Assembly (NCBI RefSeq): GCF_009914755.1
Contig: NC_060933.1
DNA: 64,000 nucleotides
Source of the DNA: the human T2T-CHM13v2.0 reference genome, Homo sapiens
Reading direction: 5' to 3' (one strand)
The position numbers and the translations under genes were made by a program. Within the stretch, counting starts at the first letter, position 1; each line of letters opens with the position of its first letter. Positions 39,981 through 53,615 of this stretch are shown in pieces. The notes under the pieces were generated by a model. That model was not told the origin of the DNA, did no database searches, and saw only the letters and a list, made by a program, of their open reading frames with translations.

Positions 39981-40048
39981 CTTTTTTATCTGCACGGGCT
40001 AAAGTTTATTTGCATACTCGGATACGATTGGATGAACAAACTCAGAGC
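39981..40048 (-). promoter_or_regulatory. ALDH1A1: Proximal promoter: AGATAAAAAA (TATA-like/GATA, 39982-39991), octamer ATGCAAAT (40008-40015), CCAAT box (40027-40031)
   Basis: Motifs read directly on the minus strand at about -30, -55 and -72 from the TSS; no CpG island. Confidence 0.85.
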
Positions 40049-41059
40049 AAAAAAAGAAAACGACACTACTTATTTGTAACACCTAGGGCAGGAAGCCTTT
40101 GACTTTAAACTTAAATCCTTAAGAAACCAGTGCTCCAGCATCGAATTTGTACCTGGAGACAGTGCACTATTTGCAGATGAATTAATTTACAAAGCCGAAA
40201 CCTGTGATAAGTGTATGCAGCAGCTGCTCTGGCCACTAAGGCCAGTTATTATTTTTTTGACTTCTCATGCTTTTTAATGCTACTATGTAACTTTCTGTTC
40301 TCTGACAGACTTGGAATCAGAGAATTTGAGGATTGAAAAGAGTCTAAAAGGGCACTTGTTCTCAGTAGAAGCTGGTGAGGAGAGAACCCTGGCCAGGTGT
40401 CTTCAGGACAAGGCTTTCAGGAAATCAGTCCATCTCCCAGAAAATCAAGGTGCTGTTTGGGGAAGAAAGGCCCTTTATCTACACCCTACCCTAAGTTAGT
40501 TTTAAAATATCGTATCAGTCTTGTGTATTTTCAGTGCTGGGTAAGTAGACCTACTGTGATCTCAGAAGCCCTAAATTATCTTTATTTTCTATATGTGAAC
40601 AGAAAAGCCAGCAGGACTTTTAGGGAATTCGGAACACACTGTCACACACAATCACCACAATTAGAAATATGGCAATATCATCTATTAATACTCATTTAAA
40701 ATGAAAGTAATCCTGGTTTTGGAAGTTGTCTGTATTTATCAACATAGGCAGTGTACAAAGACTAAATTTAAGCAGGGCTTCCAAACAATTCAAGTTCTTA
40801 AATTAATGTTTAGCTGAAGGACAATTTTTTAAACAGTGTTACTCCCATTTTAAGTACAATACTTTATTGTATTGTAGCTCTAGCAAACGTTACAATAGGA
40901 ACAAGATAAAATACTCTGGATGCTCTGATTGTGGAGAATCAACCAATTTTTTTTTTTCTAGTGAAACTTGCCAATTCCCCTGAATATGGGACTTACATAG
41001 GGAAACTAAAAATTTCTGAATTGTTTGCCCAAATCAGGTGCAGCACTTGTTTCCCTTTC

Positions 41060-41210
41060 TACCCTCATTTCATATCCCCATTTTAGAGACATACAGAGGG
41101 TGAGTAGCTTACTTATGGTCACAGATCTATTAGTGCAGGACCAGAATTTCATTTCAGGCCAGTCTGACTCCCAAACCTGGACTCTTATTTCTGTTTACTA
41201 TTTCTACCCT
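41060..41210 (-). mobile_element. MIR fragment
   Basis: 'atccccatttta...ggtcacag...cagtctgactcc'. Confidence 0.6.
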
Positions 41211-41317
41211 ATTCTCCACAAGAGAACTCCTACATGGGTTCAAGCATCAACTGCTTTGGTTTTCTCAGTGAATAGTCACCCTTACAGGCATTTAAACATA
41301 ACTTTTTATTCATCTAA

Positions 41318-41510
41318 GACAAGAATTTGCAAAACTTTTTCTGTAAATATTTTCAGCCTCTGGGCTGGATGGTTTCTGATATAATTTACTTGACTCTATT
41401 TAAAAGAAACTGTAGATGATAGGTAAATTAATGGGTGTAGTTGTTTTCCTATAGAACTTTATTTAAAAAGACAGAAGGCAGGCCAGATTTGGTGCACGGG
41501 CCAACTCCCT
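41318..41510 (+). mobile_element. MER58A-like hAT element
   Basis: 'gcaaaactttttctgtaaa...aactttatttaaaaagacagaaggcaggccagatttgg'. Confidence 0.7.
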
Positions 41511-42384
41511 AGATTCTAAGGCAATATCATTCCCAATGCCTTTGACTCCCCCGTGTCTTATGTTTGATGACCAGATAGAAACTTCTGTGTTCTTTCAACA
41601 TTTCTCTGTTTCTTTCTTTTTGGAAAGTCTAATTGTTTTCTCTCTCAAAAATGTGTTTTGAGTTAAATGCACAATTACACAACAGCTGTTACATAACTTG
41701 AGAGTGGCGCTCTGGCCATGCCCAAACAGCTGTGTTTTGCTGCTTTCTTCTCCCAGAGTCACAGTTGTTTGTGGATTCAAATACTGGTTTATTTGATGTC
41801 CAGGCGATGAAAGCTCAAGGCTTCATAACATACTTGGCTTGTCATCTCACTTCTTATATGATCATTCTCAATTGTATTTTATTGGATAATTATGTAAGAA
41901 CAGTCCCTTTATACCAGGCATTCCTGAATGTAGGCAAAAGGAGTTGCTTTGGAGACAGGTTACCACACCTGCCCATTTAATTTCAGCAAATATTTACTAA
42001 GTATCATTTATGCATCCATAATTCTTTAGCCCTAACCTCACTTAAGCAGATCTTTTCTGCCTAGAAACCACAGGGCCTGAGACCTATATTTTTGAGGTAA
42101 ACATCATCCTGCCCTGAGAGCTTATTTTGTAGAATAGCATATTTCTGGGAATTGCTGCATATGAGGAAAAGATTTCATCAGACTACTTCTATTCCTTACA
42201 GAGGAAATAATGGCTTTTGTGAGAACCTAGGGACCAAGGTTGCACATTTTAGAACTGGACCCAGGATTGTACGTTTTTATGGTATGCCAGGACTATGCAG
42301 CAGAGGAGGAGCTGTCCCTTTAACTTGAGAGTAATCGACAAATGATGTTTCATCTTCTTTTTCCTCCTTATGAACAAACTAAAT

Positions 42385-42416
42385 CACACACACACACACA
42401 CACAGGCACACACACA
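42385..42416. repeat. (CA)n microsatellite, interrupted
   Basis: Read directly. Confidence 0.95.
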
Positions 42417-42693
42417 TATGGAGAGAGAAGCAAGAAACATAAGAGGATAGTTTATTCATCTCTTGAATTTGACTTCTCCAGCCATTTGTGAAAGCTTTCA
42501 TTATACCAAGAAACATATAGATTATGACTTCAACCATTCTTGAAACTACTCTTTCATTTTACAACAAACATCTCCAGAACTCCGTCCAATCCTCAGTTCC
42601 TGAAAAGATAAAAGGAACCTAATCTGCCACCCAGGACTTAAAATTTTTAAAAAAATGTTGAAAAAAGTCATATGATGAATTAAAAATAGCTTC

Positions 42694-43409
42694 TGCAATG
42701 GACTGAATTTTTTTTGTCCAGTCACAATGGATATGTTGAAATCCTAACCCCCCATGTGATGGTATTAGGAGATGGAGCCTTTGGGAGGTGTATTAGTCCA
42801 TTCCCATGCTACTAATAAAGACATACTTGAGACTGGGTAATTTATAAAGGAAAGAGGTTTAATTGACTCACAGTTCAGCATGGCTGGGGAGGCCTTAGGA
42901 AACTTACAATCACAGTGGAAGGGGAAGCAAACACGTCCTTCTTCACATGGTGGCAGCAAGGAGAAGTGCTCAGCAAAAGGGGGAAAACCCCCTTATAAAA
43001 CCATCAGATCTCATGAGAATTCACTTATTATCATGAGAACAGGATGACGGTAACCCCCCTCCATGATTAAAGTACATCCCACCGGATCCCTCCCATGACA
43101 TGTGGGGATTATGGGAACTACAATTCAAGGTGAGATTTGGGTGGGAACACAGAGCCAAATCATATTAGGAGGTAATGAGGTTATGAGGGTAGGACCCTCA
43201 TGAATGGATCAGTGCTTTTATAAAAGGGACTCCAGAGAGATCTCTCGCTGTTTCTGCCATGTGTGGATGCAATGAGACATTGGCAATCTGTAACCCAAAA
43301 GAGGGCTCTCACCAGAACCCAACTATGTTGGCACCCTAATTTCAGACTTCAAGCTTCCAGAACTGTGAGAAATTAATTTTTGTTATAGCAGCCTGAATGA
43401 ACTAAGACA
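42694..43409 (+). mobile_element. MLT1A-like MaLR solo LTR, split by a THE1 LTR
   Basis: TG...CA ends; 'gaaatcctaacccc..gtgatggtattaggag' and 'gcttccagaactgtgagaaa...actaagaca'; TSD gcttc/gtttc. Confidence 0.85.
42789..43167 (-). mobile_element. THE1C/D MaLR solo LTR (379 bp), 5-bp TSD GGAGG
   Basis: The minus strand begins TAATATGATTTGGCTCTGTGTTCCCACCCAAATCTC; ggagg at 42784-42788 and 43168-43172. Confidence 0.9.
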
Positions 43410-44354
43410 GTTTCTTTTCATATTTCCTGATTTCAAGATGCTGGAACCATTTATTGAAGATGAACCTCTCCTACTCCAGTTACATGACCACTCCCCTAAC
43501 TATTCTCTGTTGCCTTAGCATGTCTGCCTGTTGGTAAACCTAGCAAGAAATCTATCCCTATGCTTTTGATTACTACATTTTTATCAGATACCACATTGCT
43601 CTTATGCTTATTTGAGTTTTAATAATTTGGGAAAAGTGGATCTTGTATGTAGTGAGAGAGTCTGTACTTAGTTGACAAGTTGATGTTAAAAATGGAAGTG
43701 GAAGGCAGAATTCAAGTATATGAACATATGTATTTGTTGACTAATTTCTGTTCACATGCCATTCTTCTTCAATTGGAAAAATTTCCTCACCTCTGATTTC
43801 TCCTGCTCTTTACATATCTTTTCATTGTTCTTCTCTTTGGCTTGTGTTACTGAGATAGGATAGATGCCCCTCTAATCTGGTCTAACCAGGACACTAACTG
43901 ATTAGTAAGGTCACTAAAAGAAACAGTACATTAAAGCCTCTGTAAGATAATTATTTGAGTTTAAATAGGTTTTTGCTAAACCTTATGGGTTGAGGCCATT
44001 TCTTGGAACTGGATTTGCTGCTTGGAATTTGAAATAATCTTGCATAAATAGTACTCATAGTGTTTTGTCTAGTTTCCAGTTTGCTTCCTTAATGTGTAGA
44101 AAGAAAGACACGAAAGACATCAATGAGTCAATCAAAATGTAGACTACTTTGAGATTTCCACAATTTTTTCTTTTTTTTTTTTTATAATTCTCATGCAGAT
44201 TATCCAACAATGTGTTTAGAAATTTGATGATATTGTTTGTAATATATTCAGTTTAATTTTCATATAAACAACTTTTCTTACCACCCCTGCCCTGGCAATG
44301 AATCAATATTTTGAAGCTATTGAAGGGGACCAGAAGACAAATAATTAAAGAATA

Positions 44355-44537
44355 AAGCTCTATAAACTGGAAAACATAAGACAATGGATTCTTTCCTAGA
44401 ATCTCTGGAGAGAGCCTGACCTGTCCACTCCTTTGATATTGGCCAGTGAAACTGATTTCAGATCTCTGGCTTCTAAAAGTGTTGTTTTAAACCGCCAAGT
44501 TTATAACTGTTACAGCAGCCATTGGAAACTAATGCAC
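44355..44537 (+). mobile_element. MLT1D/E-like LTR 3' fragment
   Basis: 'ggattctttcctagaatctctggag...cagcagccattggaaactaat'. Confidence 0.65.
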
Positions 44538-44707
44538 TAATCAATAAAAGTTCAAGTTCATAGGTGTCAAAATGTATATGTTGTCATTGATCATGCACCC
44601 GTCATTCTTTGTGTCATTCAGGTTTATTGTTACTATCTAAATATTCTAATTTAAATAAAGGTAAGCTTTCTATCTGTACCTTACAATGAAAAACTCATCA
44701 GGTGTTT

Positions 44708-44767
44708 TATATATTTTATATACATATATATTTATGTATATATATGTATGTGTATATATAGAGAGAG
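44708..44767. repeat. (TA)n/(TATG) low-complexity tract
   Basis: Read directly. Confidence 0.85.
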
Positions 44768-44774
44768 TAAAGAT

Positions 44775-46890
44775 GAGAAAGAGGTTTATTTGGCTCATGT
44801 TTCTGTAGGCTGTACAAGCATGGCACCAGCATCTGCTCAGCTTCTGGTGAAGCCTCCGGAAGCTTTTACTCATGGCAGAAGGCAAAGGGGGAGCATATAT
44901 GTCACATGGAGAGAGAGGGAGCAAGAGAGAGGGGGAAATGTGTCAGGCTCTTCTTATAACCAGCTCTCCTGTAAATTTATTACCGTGGGGAGAGCACCAA
45001 GTCATTCATGAGAGATCCACCTGCATGACACAAACACCTCCCACTAGACCCCACCTTCAGCACTGGAGATTACATTTCAACATAAGATTTGTGGGGGAAA
45101 AACATCCAAAATATATTATTCTGCCCCAGTTCCCCCAAATCTCATGTTCTTCTCACATGGCAAAATACATCATTCCTTTTCAATAGTCCTCCAGAATCCT
45201 AGCTTGTTCCAGCATCAACTCAAAAGTTCGAAGTCTCAAGCCTCATCTGAGACTCAAGGCAAGTTTCTTTTACCTGTGAGTCTGTAAAATAATAAACAAG
45301 TTGTTTACTTCCAATATACAATGGTAGTACAGGCACTTGGTAAACATTCCCATTCCAAAAGGGAGAAATTGGCCAAAAGAAAGGGGCAATGGGACCTACA
45401 CAAGTTCAAAATCCATCAGGGTAGTTGTTAAACCTTAAAGCTCCAGCGTAATCCTTGACTCCATGCTCAGCATTCTGGTGTGAGAAATGTGGTCCTGAGG
45501 CCTCTGGTAGCCCTGTCCCCATGGCTTTGCTGGGCACAACCCACATGGCTGTTTGCAAGGGCTGGAGTGAATGCCTGCAGCATTTCCAGGCTCAGAGTAC
45601 AGGCTGCTGGCGGCGCTCCCATTCTGGGCCTAGAGGGCAGTGGCCCCATTCCTACAGCTCCACTAGGCAATGCCCTGGTGAGGACTCTGTTTGGGGCTCT
45701 AACCCCATTTCCACTTAGCACTTCTCTAGTAGAAGTCCTATGTGGGAGCTCTGCCCCTGCATCAGGTTCCTGCCTGGGCACCAGTCTGAATACCTGCAGA
45801 CTTAACATTGCATGGAAGCTGCCAAGCCTTATGGTTTCATCCTCTGAAGCAGTGGCCAGAGCAGTGTCTAAAGCCTTTTGAGCCAAGGCTAGAGCCAGAG
45901 AGGCCTGGTATGGGGAGCAATGTCCCAAGGTAGTGTAGGGCAGCAGGGCTCTGAATCTGACCCCGAGAACCACTCTTCCTTCCTAAGCCTCTGGGTCTGT
46001 GGTGGGAGGGCTTTGAAATGGCTTTGAGGCCTTTCTCTCCTTGTCTTGAATATTAGCACTTGGCTCCCTTTTAGTTATGCAAATCTCTCTAGCAAGTGGT
46101 TTTTCCTCCAGCTGGTGGATTCTTCTCCCGAAAATGCTCTTTCCTTCTCTACCACATGTTCAGGCTGAAAATTTTCTGAATTTTTACACTCTGCTTTGCT
46201 TTTAATTATAAGTTACAACTTTAAGTTTTTCCTTTGCTCCTAAATCTGATCATAGGTTGTTAGAAGCAGCCATGCCACATCTTCAGTGCTTTGCTGCTTA
46301 GAAATTTTTTCCTGCCAGATTCTAAGTCATTACACTTAAGTTTAAACTTCCATAAATCCCTACAGCATGGACACAATGCAGCCAGGTTCTTTGCTAGGGC
46401 ATAACAAAGGTAACCTTTGCTCCAGTTTCCAATAAATTCCTTATTTCCATCTGAGACCTCATCAGCCTGGTCTTCACTGTCCATATTTCTATCAGCGTTT
46501 TGGTCACAATCACTTAACCAGTTTCCAAGAGGTTCCAAACTTTCTCTCATCTTTCTGTCCTCTTCCGAGTACCCCCTCCCCAACAAACTCTTCGAATGTC
46601 TTCCTGTTACCCAGTTCCAAAGCTGCTCACATTTTCAAGTATCTTTATAGAAATGCCTCACTCCTTGGTACTAATTTTTGATGTTAATGCATTTTATGTT
46701 GCTTTAAAGAAATACCTGAGACTAGATAAGTTATAATTTTCTTTTAAAGAGGTTTATTTGGCTGACAATTCTGCAGGCTGAACAAGCATGGCACCAGCGT
46801 CTGCTCTGCTTCTGTTGAAGCCTCAGAAAGCTTTTACTCATCGCAGAAGCAAAGGAGCAAGTATGTTATATGGTGAGAGAGGAAGAAAGA
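44775..46890 (-). mobile_element. MSTB-family MaLR provirus remnant: LTR (44775-45118), internal region (45119-46678), partial LTR (46679-46890)
   Basis: Two copies of 'aagaggtttatttggct...ctg.aggctg.acaagcatggcaccagc.tctgctc' flank about 1.56 kb of MaLR internal sequence. Confidence 0.88.
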
Positions 46891-47518
46891 GTTACATTTT
46901 AAAAACCTTCCAGTTTTGGTTGCATTATAAATCTTTATTATATTGCAAACGTATTATGCAATAAATAACGATTTCTGTGAAAGCTTTTGCTTTTTAAAGT
47001 AATTATTATATTTGGAGAATATAAAACTTTTGGTTTGCATTTGCTTGCTTGAATTTGTTTTCACATTTTAAAGTTATACATACATATCCAGATCTATGAC
47101 CACAATCCAAATTTATCTTCCAGGCCCTGGCTTTGCATTTCAACTGCTGGTCAGATAACTAAGCTAAATGCCACACCTCATCATGTTGCTGGGTTTGCAA
47201 ACCTGAGAGCCAGCATATTTGTTTTATGTGGACTGTGCAATACTGTACAAATTAGAAACATTTTAAACCCCAGATTTTAACTTCTTAAACTGTCAGAAGA
47301 CCTGAAGAATAGTTTTAGCCTCTCTGCTACACATTAAAATCACCTGGGGAATTCAAAACAAACAAACAAAAAATAAAAGATTCTGACTCTGTAGGAGTAG
47401 TTTGAGCCCAAGTGCGTTTAAAGTGCCTTAGGTAATTCTAATGTGTGGTCAGCTGTCAGAATCATTGGAGCAGCTCTGGGTTCCATTTCCTCATAATGCA
47501 ACCATGAAGCTGAGTAGT

Positions 47519-47692
47519 AAAGGTTCTCAAAGTTGGAGCAACAACTACATCCACTGGCAATCTTTTAGAAATGCAGTGTCTGACCCCATCTTAGACCTAC
47601 TGAATCAGAAACTCTCGGGTGGGGCTCAGCAATTTGTGGTGTAACAAGCCCTCCAGGTGATTCTGATTCATGCTCAACTTTGAGAATAACTG
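47519..47692. mobile_element. MER5A (a MER5B-like piece lies at about 47315-47460)
   Basis: 'agacctactgaatcagaaactct...ggtggggctcagcaat...caagccctccaggtgattctgat'. Confidence 0.8.
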
Positions 47693-48138
47693 CACTCCAA
47701 CATAGACCTCGATCTATCTCTATTATTTATTCTAGTCGCCTTTCACTTAGGTTACTACCTAGTCCTTTATTTTATATTTTAAGACCACTAAAGGAACACA
47801 TTATCATTTTTGCAACATAATCTTTTTCTTGAATTTCCTGTCTCTGATTAGGACAAAACAACACCAACCGAACTTCAGGCATTGGCAGTTTCTTGACTTT
47901 TTTTTTTTCTGTTAAAATATTAATTTTATTTAATGAAACAAATTAACACTTTCAAATTTCCAGTGTCCTTATATTTTAGATTTAGGTTTTAAAGAGCATA
48001 CAGCTGGACTGCTTTTTATCCAACCTGTCTTTATTTAACGTTTATGTTTAATATGTATTTAATGTGTATATATATTTACTCCTTTATTTATATCTATTGT
48101 AATTACTGATGTACTTGTGCTTTCTCTTTGTCTTTAGA

Positions 48139-48553
48139 TCAGTTAGGATTAAATTTGGCTGCCTCTCATGCAAAACCCAAAATAAATATTCAAGATGGAA
48201 ATGGATTCTTCTCTCACATAAACAGATTGTAAGCAGGTTGTCCATGGCAGCCATGGTGTCAGAATGGAAAGACAGAGGCTGCTTCCAGCTCACTGCTCTA
48301 ACATCCCTAAGGTATGGCTCTTTGCCTCCTGATAAGAGAAGACTGCTAGAACTCCAACCATTACATTTAAATTCCAGGACTCAGAGGAAAGTGACAAAGC
48401 TCTAGGGTCCATCTACATTTTGAGGAGGTTTCCCTGAAGCTTGGAGCTCATTGACCTTAGCTTAGTCTCATGTCCATACCTAGCTATAAGGGTAAATAAA
48501 GATTGTAAGCTTTCTCTAGGTAGCCTGGTTCATAGTTAAAAATCAGTGCTTGT
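48139..48553 (-). mobile_element. Old MLT1 (J/K/L-type) LTR, continuing at about 49460-49515 after the L1
   Basis: 'tcagttaggatt...ttggctgc', 'agtctcatgtccatacctagct'. Confidence 0.5.
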
Positions 48554-49450
48554 AAGGGTTAATATCCAGAATCTACAAAGAACTTAAATTTACCTGAACA
48601 ACCCCATCAAAAAGTGGGAGAAGAATATGAACAGACACTTCTCCAAAGAAGACATTTATGTGGCCAAGAAACATATGAAAGAAAGCTCATCATCACTGGT
48701 CATTAGAGAAATGCAAATCAAAACCACAATCAGATATCATCTCATGCCAATTAGAATGCGGATCATTAAAAAGTCAGGAAACAACAGATGCTGGAGAGGA
48801 TGTGGAGAAACAGGAATGCTTTTACACTGTTGGTGGGAGCGTAAATTAGTTCAACCATTGTGGAAGACAGTGTGGCAATTCCTCGAGGATCTAGAACTAG
48901 AAATACCATTTGGCCCAGCCATCCCATTGCTGGGTATATACCCAAAGGATTATAAATCATGCTGCTATAAAGACACATTCACACGTATGTTTATTGCAGC
49001 ACTATTCACAATAGCAAAGACTTAGAACCAATCCAAATGCCAATCAGTGATAGACTGGATAAAGAAAACGTGGCATGTATACACCATGGAATACTATGCA
49101 GCCATAAAAAAGGATGAGTTTGTGTCCTTTGCAGGGACAGGGATGAAGCTGGAAACCATCATTCTCAGCACTCTAACACAGGAACAGAAAACCAAACACT
49201 GCATGTTCTCACTCATAAGTGGGAGTTGAACAATGAGAACACATGGACACAGGGAGGGGAACATCACACTCGGGGGCCTGTTGGGGGGTGGGGGGGGTTA
49301 GGGGAGAGATAGCATTAGGAGAAATACCTAATGTAGATAATGGGTTGATGGGTGCGGCAAACCACCATGACACGTGTATACCTATGTAACAAACCTGCAT
49401 GTTCTACACATGCATCCCAGAACTTAAAGTTTACACATAAAAAAGAAAGG
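48554..49450 (+). mobile_element. L1PA7/8-like 3' fragment (ORF2 C-terminus and 3'UTR), TSD agtgcttgt
   Basis: ORF 48627-49025 translates to the L1 ORF2 C-terminus (CWRGCGE..LLHCWWE); TSD at 48545-48553 and 49451-49459. Confidence 0.93.
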
Positions 49451-49568
49451 AGTGCTTGTTGTATTAAAAATGGGGAGAATGACTATTGCAGAGGTAACTA
49501 GCAGTTTCTGCTCCACACTCTTCTTCTTGCCTATCTTCTGTTTTACTGATTATAATTTATTTATTCCT

Positions 49569-49883
<315 letters not shown>

Positions 49884-50229
49884 TAATTTATTTATTCCTA
49901 CTTTTTCACTTCTGTTCTTGTTTGGAAGAAATGCTTTTTGTTAACCTAAAAATTTTAACAAACTTACATGTAAATATAATTACTATTTTTTTCTTACAAA
50001 GAATTCAGGGATTTTTGAACACTCTCATTGTCCTATTCTACATATTATCGTTGTCTGTTATAAATTTTTGTTCCACCTTGATTTATAGCACCCAAATGAG
50101 TCATAATTATATCATTATTATTTTATTCACTCAATTCCTATTTTACTTTACCTGTTTATTAAATTTTCTTCACTTATTATTCATTATTTAATCTCAGTAT
50201 TTCCTTCTTGGCTTAATTTCACTATTTGA

Positions 50230-50624
<395 letters not shown>

Positions 50625-52071
50625 TGATCCTCTCTATGTTTGTTTGTTTTTATTAATTTCTGTTCTTATTGTTTCCTTCATTCTATTTTCTTTAGGTTGT
50701 TTTGATGTTCCTTCTCTAACTTCTTGATACTTAGATATTTAATTTTCCAGCTTTTCTTTTTTTTTCATTTAAAGCCCTAAATTTCCCCCTAAGCATGTCT
50801 TTAGCAGCATCCATAAGTTTCTGTATAGCATTTTCTCGTTTGCTCAATTCAAAATACTTTTTAACTCCCATTATGATCTTTTCCTTGATTCATGGGTTAT
50901 TTTGATGTGCACTTTAAAATTTCTCTATTGGTTAGTAATAAACAACCGCAAAATCTTTGTGGCTTACAAGAGTAAGGCTGTTTTTTATGTGCTTACAAGT
51001 TTAGAATAAGTAAATACACACACACACAAATATGACATATATATCCCATTTATTTCTTCTTTAATTTTTCACAGTCATTTTTTGGTATTTTTTATATTTA
51101 GTATAAGTGATAAACGACTTGGATCTTTCTAAGTTTTTCCAGACTTACTGAGGTATACTTGACAAATAAAAATTTTATATATTAAAGGTATACAGCTTTA
51201 TAATTTGATATATGTATACATTGTAAAATGATTACTAGTGCAAACTACCATATCAATCATCTCTCATAGTTATGATTAGAATTCCTTGTTGTATTAGGTT
51301 GGAATTATATATTATTTTTACTCTTCTTTTTGTGGTTATTCTAGAAATTGCATGTATTTTTTAATTTATCAAAGACTAAAATTAATTAGTACTTTTACTC
51401 TTTTCCTTAGTGAATCCAAACACAATAGAACATTTTAAATTCTATTTACATCTCTCCCAACATATATCATTGCAACATCATTGTTCTGGATATTTACTTC
51501 AATGTTTAATGCATATTAATATTACTGGATATTCTATTTTTTACTCCAGATTTATTTCACCTTTTTTTTTTATGGTGAGAACACTTCAAATCCACTCTCA
51601 GCAAATTTCAAGTATGCAGTACAGTATTATCAACTATATTCACCATGCCGTACATTAGATTTCCAGAACTTACTCATCCATATAACTGAATATCTATACC
51701 TTTTGACCAACATATTCCCATTGCCCCCACTTCCTTCACCTGGTAACCAACATTTTTCTCTTTGCTTTTATGAGTTCCACTTTTTTAGATTCTGCATATA
51801 AGTCAGATCATGCGTGTCGTTCTGTGTCTGGCTTATTTTACTTAGTGTAATGTCTTTGAGATTCATTTGTGTTATTGCAAATGGCAGGATTTCCTTCCTC
51901 ATAAAGGCTGAATAATATTCTACTGTATATGGATCCCACATTGTCTTTATTCATTCATCTATCCATGGATACTTAGGTTGTTCCATATCTTGGCTGTTGT
52001 GAATAATGCTGCAATAAACATGAGGGTGCAGATATCTCTTAATGATACAGATTTCAATTCCTTTAGATAAA

Positions 52072-52678
52072 TAGTAAGTCCTCACTTAATGTCATTGATA
52101 GGTTCTTGAAACAGCAATTTTAGGAGGAATGGCATGTAACAAAACCAATTTTACCATAGGCGAATTGATATGAAGAATAGTTAAATTCCTATGGCATGTT
52201 TCTGGTCACAAAAACATCAACAAACTTCTGAGTAAGGACCAAAACACTTCTAATATTAAATGTTGAAATAAATGTGAGCTATACATACATTTAAGAAAGA
52301 TTAGTACAAACAAGATGATTATTTACCTGCTGATTCCATTTCAGGGTTGTGGGTTGCCAAGCCTATCAAGCAGCTCAGGGCACCAGGAGGTAACTAGTCT
52401 TGACCAGGATGCCATCCCATTGCAGGGCAAACTCACACAAGCACACCTATACTCACGCAGGCTGGGACCACGTAGGCATGCCTGTTCACCTAACCTAACA
52501 TGCACAGATTTGAGACGTGAGAAGAAACCAGAGCGCCCGGAGAAAGCCCACAAGGACATGGGGAGAATCTGCAAACTCCTTATACAGACAGTGGCCCAGC
52601 TGGAAATCGATTTTTTTCCCTCAGCAATGTTATAATGAAAAGATGTTGAACAAAGCAATGTTATTGGAGGACCTGCTC
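52072..52678. mobile_element. MER82 (TcMar-Tigger) nested in an L1M
   Basis: Ends 'tagtaagtcctcacttaatgtc' and 'gttattggaggacctgctc'; the host L1 resumes at 'tacccagaagtg'. Confidence 0.8.
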
Positions 52679-53320
52679 TATACCCAGAAGTGAGATTGCT
52701 GAATTATATGCTAACTCTCAGTAACGTTTTATGGTTTTTACTGTGCAGGTCTTGTACCTGATCTTTTGTCACATCTATTCCTAAGTATTTCAGTTTGCTA
52801 TGCTCTTGTAAATTGCATTTTAAATTTCAATTTTCTATAGTTTGTTGTTAGTCTGTAAAATGCAATTGTTTTTTGTATATTGATCTTATATCCTGAAACC
52901 TTGCCAAACCCACTTGTTAGTCTTATTATCTTTTGTCTTCCTGGTAGATTTATTTAGATTTTCTACATACGTTAACATGTCATCTGCAAATAAAGACTAT
53001 TTTACTTCTTCCTTTTCAATCCGAGCGCCATTTTATTTATTTTTCTTGCCAGATCATGTTGTATAGGATCTGCAGTAAAATGTTGAATAGAAGTAGTGAG
53101 AGGCAAATATCCATCTTCTTTCTTATCATGGGAAAATGTCTTAAACCTTTATTATAATGTTAGCTGTTGATCATTCTTAGAGACCCTTTACCAGGTAGAA
53201 GATGTTCCTATTCTTAGTTTGCTGAGAGTTCTTTCATTTAAATCAGGAATGGATGGTGAATTTGCCAAATGCTTTTCCTTCATATATTGAGACAATCAAA
53301 TGGTGACTTGCACTTACTGC

Positions 53321-53615
<295 letters not shown>

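Noticed and set aside
45455-46650. Longest ORFs in the track (168, 133 and 108 aa)
   Set aside because: All lie within the MST internal region, overlap on both strands, mostly use non-ATG starts and show no recognisable domain.
48627-49229. 132-aa and 60-aa ORFs with a Cys-rich motif
   Set aside because: Broken L1 ORF2 C-terminus of a 5'-truncated element, not a gene.
52315-52658. Overlapping 106/105-aa ORFs
   Set aside because: Inside non-autonomous MER82; no transposase motifs.
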